Below are positions 9,396 through 19,372 of a DNA stretch of 64,000 nt, piece after piece (position 1 is the first letter of the stretch; each line of letters begins with the position of its first letter). The position numbers and the translations under genes were made by a program. Location: positions 236,159-300,158 of the forward strand of contig CAZIVL010000001.1 of assembly GCA_964543035.1 (NCBI GenBank). The letters run 5' to 3'. This DNA is from an uncultured Gammaproteobacteria bacterium (lineage in GTDB: Bacteria > Patescibacteriota > Microgenomatia > CAZETR01 > Amesbacteraceae). Under the pieces are notes generated by a model that saw only the letters and a list, made by a program, of their open reading frames with translations, had not been told where the DNA came from and made no database searches.

Positions 9396-10819
9396 GGGTC
9401 GTAAAATCACGAGCAGTCCGCGGCATGGCGACACTTACGGGTGGGGGATTGATCCTGACCTTCATCTCAGGTATCGGGGTATTGCTCCTGACTACTTATC
9501 TGGGACCAAAAGAATTTGGCCTCTACGCCTTGATAGGCAGTATTATTGTAATCTTAAGCTACTTTTCAGACATTGGTTTGGCGGCCTCTCTTATCCAAAA
9601 AAAAGAAAGTCCCACCAAGTCCGATCTCCAAACGACATTTACCATTCAGCAAACTCTAGTGTTACTAGGTATCGCCGTAGCCCTTATATTGTCTCCCGCA
9701 ATCAGAGCTTATTACTCCCTTGGTTTGCCTGAGTACTATCTCTACCTGTCTCTTCTTCTTAGCTTCTTTCTCTCTTCACTCAAATCTATTCCTTCGGTCA
9801 TGCTCGAGAGATCACTGCGTTTTGACCGTATTATGTTAGTTCGAATTGCCGAGTCTTTGACATTCAATGTCACCGCTGTGGTTCTGGCTATCCAAGGCAT
9901 GGGTCTTATGTCCTATGTCCCGGCCGTCATTGCTCAAGGAATAGTGGGACTAGTGCTCATTTGGCTATTTCATCCTTGGCCAGTAGGTCTGGCTTTCTCC
10001 AGAGCCAGTCTGCACAAACTATTGCACTTTGGAGTGCCCTATCAGACAAATTCTCTCTTGGCAGTTGCCAAAGACCAGGTGGTAAATCTCTTTTTGTGGA
10101 AGATAGTAGGGCCCGTCGGCATGGGTCTGGCAAATTGGGGTTTTTATTATAGTCAAATGCCCCAAAGACTGATCATGGACAATGCTACTCGGGTCGCCTT
10201 TCCTGCCCTTTCTCGTCTGCAGGATCATCCTCAGGAGTTCAAAGCGGCCACCGAAAAATTATTACTATTTGTGTGTTTAGTAGTATTTCCCACACTAGTG
10301 GGAATCAGTCTACTGTGGTCTCACTTGGCATACTTGGTTCCCAAATGGTACAAATGGCAACCGGCACTTATCCCACTGTATCTTTATTGCTTTAGCGCCG
10401 CCATTTCCTGTCTGTCTACTCCTCTGACAAACACTCTATATGCAGCAGGTAAAGCAAAGATTGTGACCGGACTCATGGTTATGTGGCTGGTTTTAGAGTG
10501 GCTGCTCAAGCCCACTATGGCCGCAAGTTTTGGCTATCTCGGCGTGGCTTACGCCACAGCCATTATTTCATTTTCTTCTCTAGTGCCCTTTTTTATCGCT
10601 CAAAGAATTATTCGCTTTAACATACTAAAGAGCCTATTTACTCCTGTCGTATCTACACTAATCATGATTATATTTGCAGTATGGTCGCATTCTTTGGGGG
10701 TAATACCTTCAGTCACAATTGCCACACTTGCCTATATCAGTGCCGTCGCCCTGTTTGGTGGAAAGAAATTATATGCCCAAGTTAGGCCATTCTACGAACA
10801 CTTCCGTGCAAAAATATAA
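9362..10819 (+). CDS. wzx: Wzx/MOP-family oligosaccharide flippase
   Basis: LGPKEFGLYA, SDIGLAASLIQK, LERSLRF, VAFPALSRLQ; about 12-14 TM helices. Confidence 0.9.
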   Translation: MDVEEISSEELRVVKSRAVRGMATLTGGGLILTFISGIGVLLLTTYLGPKEFGLYALIGSIIVILSYFSDIGLAASLIQKKESPTKSDLQTTFTIQQTLVLLGIAVALILSPAIRAYYSLGLPEYYLYLSLLLSFFLSSLKSIPSVMLERSLRFDRIMLVRIAESLTFNVTAVVLAIQGMGLMSYVPAVIAQGIVGLVLIWLFHPWPVGLAFSRASLHKLLHFGVPYQTNSLLAVAKDQVVNLFLWKIVGPVGMGLANWGFYYSQMPQRLIMDNATRVAFPALSRLQDHPQEFKAATEKLLLFVCLVVFPTLVGISLLWSHLAYLVPKWYKWQPALIPLYLYCFSAAISCLSTPLTNTLYAAGKAKIVTGLMVMWLVLEWLLKPTMAASFGYLGVAYATAIISFSSLVPFFIAQRIIRFNILKSLFTPVVSTLIMIIFAVWSHSLGVIPSVTIATLAYISAVALFGGKKLYAQVRPFYEHFRAKI

Positions 10820-12416
10820 ACTTTGGTTACTTCTTTTTATTGGTACCATTTGTTGGTCGGCGACAATGGTAAAAAGCGGATTGATTTACGACTACGGTAT
10901 GGGTTTTTGGGGCGCCAATGGTCACGATGGCATTTGGCATATATCTCTTATCAAGTCGCTATCCCAGGGCTCAATGCAAATGCCTATTTTTGCAGGCGAG
11001 GGTATCAAAAATTATCATATTGGCTTTGATCTATTAGTAGCTGCTCTTCATACCGTTTCTCGCATTCCTGTTGTAACCTTGTACTTTCAGATACTGCCAC
11101 CACTGTTTGCATTCGCAATTGGACTTCTTACTTATCTTCTTACAAAAAATATTTGGTCGGTATTCTTTGTATATTTTGGCGGTTCATGGGCCTGGCTGTT
11201 CGGCCGAGGCGAGTCCACCTTTTGGTCTCAGCAAGCTATATCAACTCTTATCAATCCTCCACTGGCCCTTTCTCTTATATTGTTACTAGTAGGACTTATT
11301 TTAATTAGGTCAAACAAAGAGTTATTGGCAACCCTCTTTTTTGTAATTGCCGGTTTTGTAAAAGTATATGCCGGATTACTGGCCCTTGCAGCATTGTTAG
11401 TAGTAGGTCTTATAAAAGACCGTAAGTTTATCAAGATTTTTATCTTTACCCTTATTTTTTCGGCTGCCATGTATCTTCCCCTAAATCGCAATTCCACAAG
11501 TCTTTTGGTCTGGCAACCGGGTTGGTTCCTCGAGACCATGATGGGGCTCTCAGATCGTCTAAACTGGCCGAGATTTTATTCCGCCATGACCAATTACCGC
11601 TTGGCGGACAATTGGCCAAAAGCGGTCTTGGCATACACAGTCGCATTTTTAATCTTTTGGTTTGGCAATATGGGCACCCGAGGCATAAAAGAAATAAGTG
11701 TTTTAAAAGACTTAAAAAACATCAGAAATATTTCTTCCGAACATCTATTTATATGGACAATAATCATAGCCGGGGGAATAGTTCCCATGTTTTTTTTGCA
11801 AAAAGGCACTCCCTGGAACACTATTCAATTCTTTTACTACTCACTATTTTTTTCATCAGTTCTTGCGGGTCTTTCAGTAGAGTATCTGTTGTCAAAAATT
11901 AAAAATTCCAAATTCATAATTTTAGCCTCAGTACTCATAGTAGTTCTCACCATTCCCACGACAATCATTAGTCTCAAAGATATTTACTTGCCAGGCAGAC
12001 CTCCCGCCATGATTAGCACTCGGGAGTTAGAGGCTCTTAACTTTTTGGCTACTCTCCCCAAAGGCACAGTCCTTACACCGCCTGTTGTGGTCAATCCTTA
12101 TGCCAAAGCTCCCAGACCACTGTATCTATATGAGTCTACTGCGTACGTTTCCGCCATTTCAGGCCAACCTGTCTTTATGGAAGATGAGGTCAATCTGAAC
12201 ATTACAGATTATGCATGGGAAACCCGGAAAAGTGATGTAAAGTCATTATTTGAACAAACCGATAAAGAAAAAGCTAAAAAATTTGTGAATGATAACAACA
12301 TAAGTTATGTTTATCTTCCTCGAATCCATGAGACTAGACCATATCTCAGCGATACACAGATGGGGATGAAAAACATATTTGAAAATTCCGAAGCAGCCAT
12401 TTGGCAACGACAATGA
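10806..12416 (+). CDS. Polytopic membrane protein, probable GT-C fold with extracytoplasmic C-terminal domain
   Basis: GHDGIWH...NYH, many TM helices, soluble C-terminus ELEALNFL...YVYL...IFEN. Start uncertain (GTG 10806 or ATG 10773). Confidence 0.7.
   Translation: MQKYKLWLLLFIGTICWSATMVKSGLIYDYGMGFWGANGHDGIWHISLIKSLSQGSMQMPIFAGEGIKNYHIGFDLLVAALHTVSRIPVVTLYFQILPPLFAFAIGLLTYLLTKNIWSVFFVYFGGSWAWLFGRGESTFWSQQAISTLINPPLALSLILLLVGLILIRSNKELLATLFFVIAGFVKVYAGLLALAALLVVGLIKDRKFIKIFIFTLIFSAAMYLPLNRNSTSLLVWQPGWFLETMMGLSDRLNWPRFYSAMTNYRLADNWPKAVLAYTVAFLIFWFGNMGTRGIKEISVLKDLKNIRNISSEHLFIWTIIIAGGIVPMFFLQKGTPWNTIQFFYYSLFFSSVLAGLSVEYLLSKIKNSKFIILASVLIVVLTIPTTIISLKDIYLPGRPPAMISTRELEALNFLATLPKGTVLTPPVVVNPYAKAPRPLYLYESTAYVSAISGQPVFMEDEVNLNITDYAWETRKSDVKSLFEQTDKEKAKKFVNDNNISYVYLPRIHETRPYLSDTQMGMKNIFENSEAAIWQRQ
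11895..11922 (+). repeat. Intragenic heptamer tandem array (4x NNAATTN)
   Basis: aaaatta aaaattc caaattc ataattt. Confidence 0.6.
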
Positions 12417-13021
12417 AAATAAAATTAATATTCCTACTTATTCTTTTTACTAGCCCTGGCTTTTGGCAAGTTTTTTTTCAGCCTCAAGCGTTTTTTTCAC
12501 AAGTTATACAATTCCCCAAGTACGTCTCCCAGACAGTCACAGCCAAGATCAAAAGCACCGAATACAGTACAAGATTACAAGAGATGCGCTGGGGCGGGCG
12601 GGCGTTGCATAGGGAAGACACAATTTCAAAAATTTTATACTTTCGTCACATTGTCATTCTCAACGAAATGTTTGAATTTATTCAAAACGCATCCCCTAAG
12701 TTTTTTTTCTTGGCTGGAGACGGCAGCAATTTCTCTCCCAGGCGGATTGAGCCCATTTCCTCTATTCTATTTCCTTTTTGGATCATAGGGATCACCACTC
12801 TTATCAGGGAAGGCAAAAAAAAGGTTGGGTGGTTATTCTTGTTATTTTGTTTCATAGGATACATATCAGGTCACAAAAATCTTGTTTTCCTTTTCCCATT
12901 ATTTTTGTTACAGATATATATCTGCTCAGTAGGAGTAAGTCTTTTTGGCAAGAAGACATTAGCCGTTACCTTCGTTTACGGTGTATATATCTCTCTTATG
13001 AATTTATGGCTAAATATTTAG
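12413..13021 (+). CDS. Short membrane protein resembling the C-terminal half of the local GT-C paralogs
   Basis: SPKFFFLAGD matches SPRYLFFEGD/STEFLFFNGD of paralogs; no N-terminal DE loop; ATGA overlap. Confidence 0.7.
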   Translation: MKIKLIFLLILFTSPGFWQVFFQPQAFFSQVIQFPKYVSQTVTAKIKSTEYSTRLQEMRWGGRALHREDTISKILYFRHIVILNEMFEFIQNASPKFFFLAGDGSNFSPRRIEPISSILFPFWIIGITTLIREGKKKVGWLFLLFCFIGYISGHKNLVFLFPLFLLQIYICSVGVSLFGKKTLAVTFVYGVYISLMNLWLNI

Positions 13022-14613
13022 TTCTCATTTTTGGGTTTGCTTTGCTTTTCCGTTTTTGGCAGATCACGACATATCCTGTCTCCCTAACCATGGACGAAGT
13101 AGCCATTGGTTACGGCAGTTACTCTCTTTTGCAAACAGGTCGTGACGAATGGGGAGCTCCCGTACCCCTCGTTTTCAAATCAGTGGGCGACTACAAGCCA
13201 CCCATCAATTTTTATCTTGTTGTCTCATCCATAAAATTATTTGGTCTTACCGAGTTTGCCGTTCGTTTTCCAGTCGCGCTTATTGGCTCATTGACATCAA
13301 TTTTGTTTGTGGTCTTTCTAAGGAGGCTTGGTCTTTCAAAATCAGCAAGTTTGTTTGGAGGACTTTGGCTTGCAATTCTTCCCTGGCACGTTCACCACTC
13401 ACGTTATGGCTTGGAAGCAATCACCGCTCTGTTCTTTTTATTAGCAGGTTGCGCTGCCTGGTGGACAGCCACAGCAAAGAAATCATATTTTTACTTAGGG
13501 TTATCAATTGTCTCTTTTGGTATCTCTGTCTGGGCATATCATTCAAATCGACTTTTTGTGCCCTTGTTAGTACTCTTTTTGGTTATTTCACAATTCAAGC
13601 ACGTTAGATACTTTTTGCTGTTCAACAGCAAAAAGTTGGTAATTTGTCTATTGTTGTTCGCTTCATTGGCTGGACCGTTTTTGCATTTGGCATTGACATC
13701 AGAAGCAATAAAACAGCGAGCTGCCATGACATCGATCTTGAGAGACAGCGGTCTTTTAAGAAGTCTGCATCAGGGAAAATATGCAAATATTTATGAACGT
13801 ATATTTGATCATGACTGGTATCTTATTTTTCATCATTGGGTGGGAAAGTACACAGATTATTTTGATTTGAGATTCTGGTTTTGGAAAGGACTCTCACTTT
13901 CTCCTCCGGGATATCCAGACTCAGGACTACTTTATGTTCTTGATCTACCCCTGTTTGCTTTTGGAGTTTGGGTTTTGGTCAAAAGCAAAAATAAATTACT
14001 TCAATCTTTGACCATTTTTTGGTTTTTTGTGGGTCCTTTGGCCTCGTCGTTTACTATGAACGACCAGCACACGCTTCGCACACTAGTCTGGTTGCCATTT
14101 TTTGGTATCGTGGTTGCTTCCGGGGCTGATTATCTAAAAAAGCGTTTTAGGCCTGTAATTCTACTGTATTTTGTAACACTCCTCATAAACGTAGCCTATA
14201 TTAAAGATCTCTATACTACGGCTCTCCCTTTCTATTTTTCAGAGTATTGGCAGTATGGATTCAAGCAAGCTGCTCTATACGGATGCGAACATCGGGATGA
14301 GTATAACCGGGTCGTCATTTCTCCCACGTTTGGCAGCTTGGGTCCTCTTACGACTGGAATTCCGGATTACTATGTCCTGTTTTACTGTCAGTACCCCCCA
14401 GAAAAGTACATGTTCACCAAAAAAATAGACAAATTTGAGATCGGTCGAGTTGATTGGCGGGATCAGCTTCAAAGAGGGGGTAGAGCTCTTCTAATATCTG
14501 CAAAATGGGACTATCCCGAAGTCACAGCCCCAGAAGAGTACGTGGTCAAACGAGTAGATTATTTCAACGAGTCTCCCGGCCTGTACTTTGTAGACACTGG
14601 TCTTGTGCGCTAA
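13006..14613 (+). CDS. ArnT/PMT-like GT-C glycosyltransferase
   Basis: MDEVAIGYGSYSLLQTGRDEWG...GDYKPP...EFAVRFP...PWH. Confidence 0.88.
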   Translation: MAKYLVLIFGFALLFRFWQITTYPVSLTMDEVAIGYGSYSLLQTGRDEWGAPVPLVFKSVGDYKPPINFYLVVSSIKLFGLTEFAVRFPVALIGSLTSILFVVFLRRLGLSKSASLFGGLWLAILPWHVHHSRYGLEAITALFFLLAGCAAWWTATAKKSYFYLGLSIVSFGISVWAYHSNRLFVPLLVLFLVISQFKHVRYFLLFNSKKLVICLLLFASLAGPFLHLALTSEAIKQRAAMTSILRDSGLLRSLHQGKYANIYERIFDHDWYLIFHHWVGKYTDYFDLRFWFWKGLSLSPPGYPDSGLLYVLDLPLFAFGVWVLVKSKNKLLQSLTIFWFFVGPLASSFTMNDQHTLRTLVWLPFFGIVVASGADYLKKRFRPVILLYFVTLLINVAYIKDLYTTALPFYFSEYWQYGFKQAALYGCEHRDEYNRVVISPTFGSLGPLTTGIPDYYVLFYCQYPPEKYMFTKKIDKFEIGRVDWRDQLQRGGRALLISAKWDYPEVTAPEEYVVKRVDYFNESPGLYFVDTGLVR

Positions 14614-14626
14614 AATAGAACTACAC

Positions 14627-15538
14627 ATGCTCTCGGTTGTAATTACCACATGGAATGAGGAGAAAGCCCTGCCCAGAGCCGTGGCTTCAGTCAAAAAGTT
14701 GGCAGGTGAGATCGTCGTGGTCGACACAGAAAGCACGGACGACACAGTAAAGATCGCTCGTGAGCTGGGTTGCAAGGTCTTTACTCACAAAAATACAGGC
14801 ATAGTTGAGCCAGTCCGCAACTTCTCTATTTCCAAAGCTCGCGGGGACTGGATTTTGATACTAGACGCCGACGAAGAGATACCGAGCGTTTTACTAGAAA
14901 AGATCAAAAATATCGTTACAAGCTCTGAATCAGCCGATTTCTACCGCATCCCAAGGAAAAATATGATCTTTGGCAAATGGATTCAGAGCAGTCATTGGTG
15001 GCCGGATTATGTATACAGATTGTTCAAAAAGGGCCATGTGAGCTGGGAAGATACCATTCATAGTGTTCCGTTTACCAAAGGAAGGGGAGCTGATCTAAAT
15101 GCTGATTCCGAAACAGCCATAATTCATCACCACTATGTAACCATAGGTCAGTATGTAGATAGGCTAAATCGCTACACCGATCATCAGCTCAAACATCTTC
15201 AAAAAGAAGGATACAACTTTTCATGGACTCATTTAATTGACAAGCCGTTCTCTGAATTTATTCGTCAGTACTTTGCCAGAGGGGGATACAAAGACGGATT
15301 GCATGGTCTGTCTCTGTCTGCCCTCCAGGCATTTTCAGAATTGGTTTTATATCTCAAAGCCTGGGAGGCATCAAGTTTTCTACCCAAAACGATTACCCCG
15401 ATTCAAGTATCAGAACAAATCTTTGCAAAAAAGTCAGAGTTTCTATGGTGGAGCATGGATGCTCGTATAAAAGAGTCGAGCTGGATAGGAAAAATTTATT
15501 ACCGATTACTTCGCAGGCTGACGGTTCATGCAAATTAG
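14627..15538 (+). CDS. GT2 (beta-1,4-glucosyltransferase/LgtF-like)
   Basis: SVVITTWNEE, VDTESTD, RN, ILDADE, PD..RLFKKG. Confidence 0.88.
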   Translation: MLSVVITTWNEEKALPRAVASVKKLAGEIVVVDTESTDDTVKIARELGCKVFTHKNTGIVEPVRNFSISKARGDWILILDADEEIPSVLLEKIKNIVTSSESADFYRIPRKNMIFGKWIQSSHWWPDYVYRLFKKGHVSWEDTIHSVPFTKGRGADLNADSETAIIHHHYVTIGQYVDRLNRYTDHQLKHLQKEGYNFSWTHLIDKPFSEFIRQYFARGGYKDGLHGLSLSALQAFSELVLYLKAWEASSFLPKTITPIQVSEQIFAKKSEFLWWSMDARIKESSWIGKIYYRLLRRLTVHAN

Positions 15539-16433
15539 CATCGTCGTTCTCAATTGGAATGGTGAGAAGTATGTTGACGACTGCTTACAATCGATCTCCA
15601 ATCTAAAAAGGGGAGAGCACGACCTAAATGTAATTGTAGTGGACAACGCTTCTACCGATTCTTCTCCTCAGCTCATTACCACCAGGTATCCAAAATTTTT
15701 ATTTCTGCCAACAGGAAAAAACTTAGGATATGCAGAGGGCAACAATGTCGGAATTCGAAAAGCTCTTGAGACGCAGGCGGATTTTGTTTGGATCGTAAAT
15801 CCGGATATCAAGCTTGAGCCCGGGGCTCTCCTGGCTTTTTTGGATGCTGCCAATGATCATCCCAGACATGGTATTTTTGGATCAAAAATTTATTTTTATC
15901 CGGGTTACGAATTTCACAAGGAGAGGTATCAAAAAAAAGATTTGGGACACGTCATTTGGTACGCAGGAGGTATCATGGACTGGAAAAACCTGATTGCCAT
16001 ACATCGCGGGGTCGATGAGGTCGACACCGGACAATATGATGAAGAAAAAGATACAGACTTTATAACCGGAGCCTCGATGTTTATCAGGCGGCAGACGCTT
16101 ATAGATGTGGGGTTGTTCGAAGCCAAATTTTTCTTATATTTTGAAGAAAACGACTTTTGCCAAAATGCGCAAAAGATAGGTTGGCACTTGCTGTTCGTTC
16201 CCGGCAGCATCGTCTGGCACAAAAATGCCCAAGCCACGGGCTCGGGGTCTCCCCTCCAGGACTATTACATAGCCCGAAATAGAATGTTATTTGGTATGCG
16301 TCATGCGCCGTTACACACCAAACTAGCTCTCATTCGTGAATCATTAACCCTTCTGTACTCCGGACGTCCCTGGCAAAAAATAGGCATCAAAGATTTTTAT
16401 CTCGGTCATTTCGGCAAGGGATCATATGCTTAG
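15528..16433 (+). CDS. GT2 (WbbL/rhamnosyltransferase-like)
   Basis: VLNWN, VDNASTD, NLGYAEGNN, NPD, TGASM, FFLYFEENDFC. Confidence 0.9.
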   Translation: MQISIVVLNWNGEKYVDDCLQSISNLKRGEHDLNVIVVDNASTDSSPQLITTRYPKFLFLPTGKNLGYAEGNNVGIRKALETQADFVWIVNPDIKLEPGALLAFLDAANDHPRHGIFGSKIYFYPGYEFHKERYQKKDLGHVIWYAGGIMDWKNLIAIHRGVDEVDTGQYDEEKDTDFITGASMFIRRQTLIDVGLFEAKFFLYFEENDFCQNAQKIGWHLLFVPGSIVWHKNAQATGSGSPLQDYYIARNRMLFGMRHAPLHTKLALIRESLTLLYSGRPWQKIGIKDFYLGHFGKGSYA

Positions 16434-17166
16434 CGTCATCGTCATCACAAAAAACGAAGAAGCCATGATTGGTGATTGTCTGGAATCGGTTAAGAATCTG
16501 GCCGATGAAATCATAGTAGTTGATTCAGGCAACACTGATAAGACCAATGAAATTGCCAAAAAATACAAAGCCAAGATTGTCAAAGCGGATCCAAATTCAG
16601 GCTATGCCAATTTTAGAAATGTAGGCCTCAAGGAGGCCACAGGAGATTGGATTTTTTATCTCGATGCCGACGAACGAGCTACTCCTGAATTAGTAGAAGA
16701 GATACCGACACTTTCCCCCGGTGTATATCAAATACCCCGAAAAAATATCTATTTAGGAAAAGAAATGCGCTACGGCGGTTGGGGCAATGATCTGGTTATT
16801 CGTCTGTTCAAAAAAGATCTTCTCGAAGGATACCGTGGGGATCTGCATGAGCAACCAAAGTACCAAGGCTCACTACTCACTACCCACAACGGCATCACCC
16901 ACTACTCCCACAGAGATCTAGCCTCTATGCTCCAAAAGACCATCCTATTTACCGATTACGAGGCCAGACTCAGACTTGCAGCAGACCATCCTCCAGTAGT
17001 TTGGTGGCGGTTTTTAAGAGTCATGTTTTCCGAATTTTGGCTTAGATTTGTCCGTCTTTCAGCCTGGCGGGACGGAACAGAAGGGATAATAGACGGCATA
17101 TTTCAAGTATTTAACATGTTTATTATTTACGCTAGATTATGGGAGCTCCAGCAAGAAAAGCATTAG
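16426..17166 (+). CDS. GT2 (LgtF-like)
   Basis: VITKNEE, VDSGNTD, RN, YLDADE, RLFK, HE. Confidence 0.9.
   Translation: MLSVIVITKNEEAMIGDCLESVKNLADEIIVVDSGNTDKTNEIAKKYKAKIVKADPNSGYANFRNVGLKEATGDWIFYLDADERATPELVEEIPTLSPGVYQIPRKNIYLGKEMRYGGWGNDLVIRLFKKDLLEGYRGDLHEQPKYQGSLLTTHNGITHYSHRDLASMLQKTILFTDYEARLRLAADHPPVVWWRFLRVMFSEFWLRFVRLSAWRDGTEGIIDGIFQVFNMFIIYARLWELQQEKH
16870..16890 (+). repeat. Intragenic heptamer tandem array (3x YCACWAC)
   Basis: tcactac tcactac ccacaac. Confidence 0.55.
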
Positions 17167-18191
17167 TGCACAATCCCTATTGGGATTCTCTGGGCGGGGG
17201 AGAGCGCTACGTAGCTTGTTTTATTAAGCTACTGTTAGATCAAGGTTGGCAGACAGACCTGGATTGGCCAGAAGATATTTCAGACCAGATTCAAGAGCGC
17301 TTCAATATCGATATTTCAAAATCTACTTACAACCCACAACCCATTACTCACAACTATGACCTAGTATTCTGGGTCTCCGACGGCAGTCTTCCCACCTCAT
17401 TTGCAAAAAAAACTATCGTTCATCTTCAAGTGCCATTTCAGTCAGTGGGCGGCAAGTCCTGGAAAAATCTTATAAAATCTAGATTTTACACATTTGTTTC
17501 CAATTCCAACTTTACCAAACAGATTGTCGATTCCGAGTTTGCCATCAATTCCCAGGTAATATATCCACCGGTAAGTGTAGAAAATTTTACACCGAGAAAA
17601 TTGAAGGCAAAAAATATTGTTTACGTAGGCCGTTTTTCAAATCTCACACAATCAAAAGGTCACGACATATTGATCTCCGAGTTCAAAAAGATTCACTCAT
17701 CTCTTCCTGGTTGGAAGCTAATTTTGCTTGGGGGTACGACCATGGGGGCGACCCCAGAATATATTCAGAGTCTAAAAAGTTTGGCACAGGGACTGCCTGT
17801 GGAATTTGTTTTTGACCCTCATTTTTCCGAGATCAAAAAAAATCTAGAAAATGCAAAAATTTTTTGGTCAGCGGCAGGTTTTTCAGAGAATAATTTATTA
17901 CCTCCCGCTCGTCAGGAGCACTTTGGAATCTCACTAGTCGAAGCAATGGCAGCCGGCTGTGTCCCCATAGTTCCAAACAGAGGCGGCCATCCAGAGATTG
18001 TGGATAATGGCATAAATGGGTTTTTGTATGACTCGTTGTCTGAATTTTCGCAGTTAACACTACAACTAACAACTAACATCCGAAGGAGCCCGCAGGCCGA
18101 ACAACTTACGACCATGTCGCAAGCTGCAGTTGAAAAGAGTAAGATGTTTTCGGAAAAGCAGTTTAATAAAAGATATTTAGAACTCATATGA
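17139..18191 (+). CDS. GT4 glycosyltransferase
   Basis: GGGERY, VGRF...KG, EHFGISLVEAMAAG, GG.PEIV..G.NGFL. Confidence 0.92.
   Translation: MGAPARKALVHNPYWDSLGGGERYVACFIKLLLDQGWQTDLDWPEDISDQIQERFNIDISKSTYNPQPITHNYDLVFWVSDGSLPTSFAKKTIVHLQVPFQSVGGKSWKNLIKSRFYTFVSNSNFTKQIVDSEFAINSQVIYPPVSVENFTPRKLKAKNIVYVGRFSNLTQSKGHDILISEFKKIHSSLPGWKLILLGGTTMGATPEYIQSLKSLAQGLPVEFVFDPHFSEIKKNLENAKIFWSAAGFSENNLLPPARQEHFGISLVEAMAAGCVPIVPNRGGHPEIVDNGINGFLYDSLSEFSQLTLQLTTNIRRSPQAEQLTTMSQAAVEKSKMFSEKQFNKRYLELI
17322..17356 (+). repeat. Intragenic heptamer tandem array (5x, ACAACYN-like)
   Basis: tctactt acaaccc acaaccc attactc acaacta. Confidence 0.7.
18062..18114 (+). repeat. Heptamer array (ACAACTW) interrupted by a GC-rich ~22-nt mini-hairpin insert
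   Basis: acaacta acaacta aca[tccgaaggagcccgcaggccga]acaactt acgacca. Confidence 0.7.
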
Positions 18192-19372
18192 AAAAAATTG
18201 GCTTTTGGTTGATAGTAGCTCTGGTTCTTCGTCTCGTATTGTCAGGGGCAGCCCTCCATCCCGACGTCAGAGGTCACAACTTAGCTGGATATCTGATAGC
18301 TCAAAAAGGACAGTTGTTTTCTTTTTACGATTACTTAAGTCGCCAACCCAGAGCTGATCCTTGGGTAATGCTATATAGAGACGATTTGTTTATATATCCA
18401 CCCTTGGCTTATATAGTTCACGGGATATCAAACTTCCTTCTTTATCCTTTATACCCCCAAGAGCTTTTTTTGACTCTGATTACAGATATTGGCCAGACCA
18501 TGGGCAGTCCCGATCTACCTAGACTACTGATTTTTCTCAAGTTGCCATATCTGATTGCCGATATTCTCTGCCTTATTGTCCTAAGACAGATAGTCGCCCA
18601 AAAGCACAAGTTTTTGGCCACCCTACTCTGGCTATTCAACCCTATCACGATCTACGCCTCCTATATGATTGGTCAATTTGACATCTTTATTGCTCTATTT
18701 ATATTATTGGCCCTCCTCTTTTCCCAATCAAAAAATCAGTGGATAAGCGCTGTGTTTTTGGGGTTTGCAGCCAGTTTCAAGCCTTTTCCATTATTTTTAA
18801 TGCCATTTCTTCCTGGGTCAAAACCAAAAAACATTATCATAGGAGTTGTAACCTATATTCTTCTTATGTCGCCTTATTTAGGGTCAGTGGGCTACAGACA
18901 ATACGCACTCCTGGCTCCTCAGACAGACAAATTAATCTACGCCAAGGTTATGGTTTCAGGTAGTCAGTATCTCCCTCTATTTTTCCTCGGACTATTTATT
19001 CTCTTCTGGTTCAACTATTTTCGCCCCCAGATTATGAATACCCATGTTTGGTTTGCCAGTGTCGGACTGCTCTTTTATTCTCTCACTCATTATCATCCCC
19101 AGTGGTTTGTCTGGATAGCTCCGGCCTTAGTTCTCATGTTTGCCGAAAATTCCAGAACTAGGCTACCCCAACTAGGAATGCTCGCCACATACATATTGAT
19201 TGTATTGCTATTTGAACCCAGTCTAAATTTTGGATTATTCAATATCGATTTTTCACTTTTTGCTTTTATAAGTCGCTTCTATCCGGCAGATCAACTGGCA
19301 TCACTAGCCAGAGCCTTCTTCGCCGCCAGTGCCTTCTTTGCCGTAGGGGAGAGCCGCAGCCAGCATGCATAA
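18188..19372 (+). CDS. GT87/PIG-M-like GT-C glycosyltransferase
   Basis: HPD, YPPLAY, KLPYLIAD, LFNP, GQFD, FKPFP, HPQW. Confidence 0.8.
   Translation: MKKIGFWLIVALVLRLVLSGAALHPDVRGHNLAGYLIAQKGQLFSFYDYLSRQPRADPWVMLYRDDLFIYPPLAYIVHGISNFLLYPLYPQELFLTLITDIGQTMGSPDLPRLLIFLKLPYLIADILCLIVLRQIVAQKHKFLATLLWLFNPITIYASYMIGQFDIFIALFILLALLFSQSKNQWISAVFLGFAASFKPFPLFLMPFLPGSKPKNIIIGVVTYILLMSPYLGSVGYRQYALLAPQTDKLIYAKVMVSGSQYLPLFFLGLFILFWFNYFRPQIMNTHVWFASVGLLFYSLTHYHPQWFVWIAPALVLMFAENSRTRLPQLGMLATYILIVLLFEPSLNFGLFNIDFSLFAFISRFYPADQLASLARAFFAASAFFAVGESRSQHA

Noticed and set aside
16681-16704. TPELVEEI peptide resembling the PEPAEG insert
   Set aside because: Normal GT2 sequence after DADE (compare SPELASEI at 41850); no hairpin in the DNA
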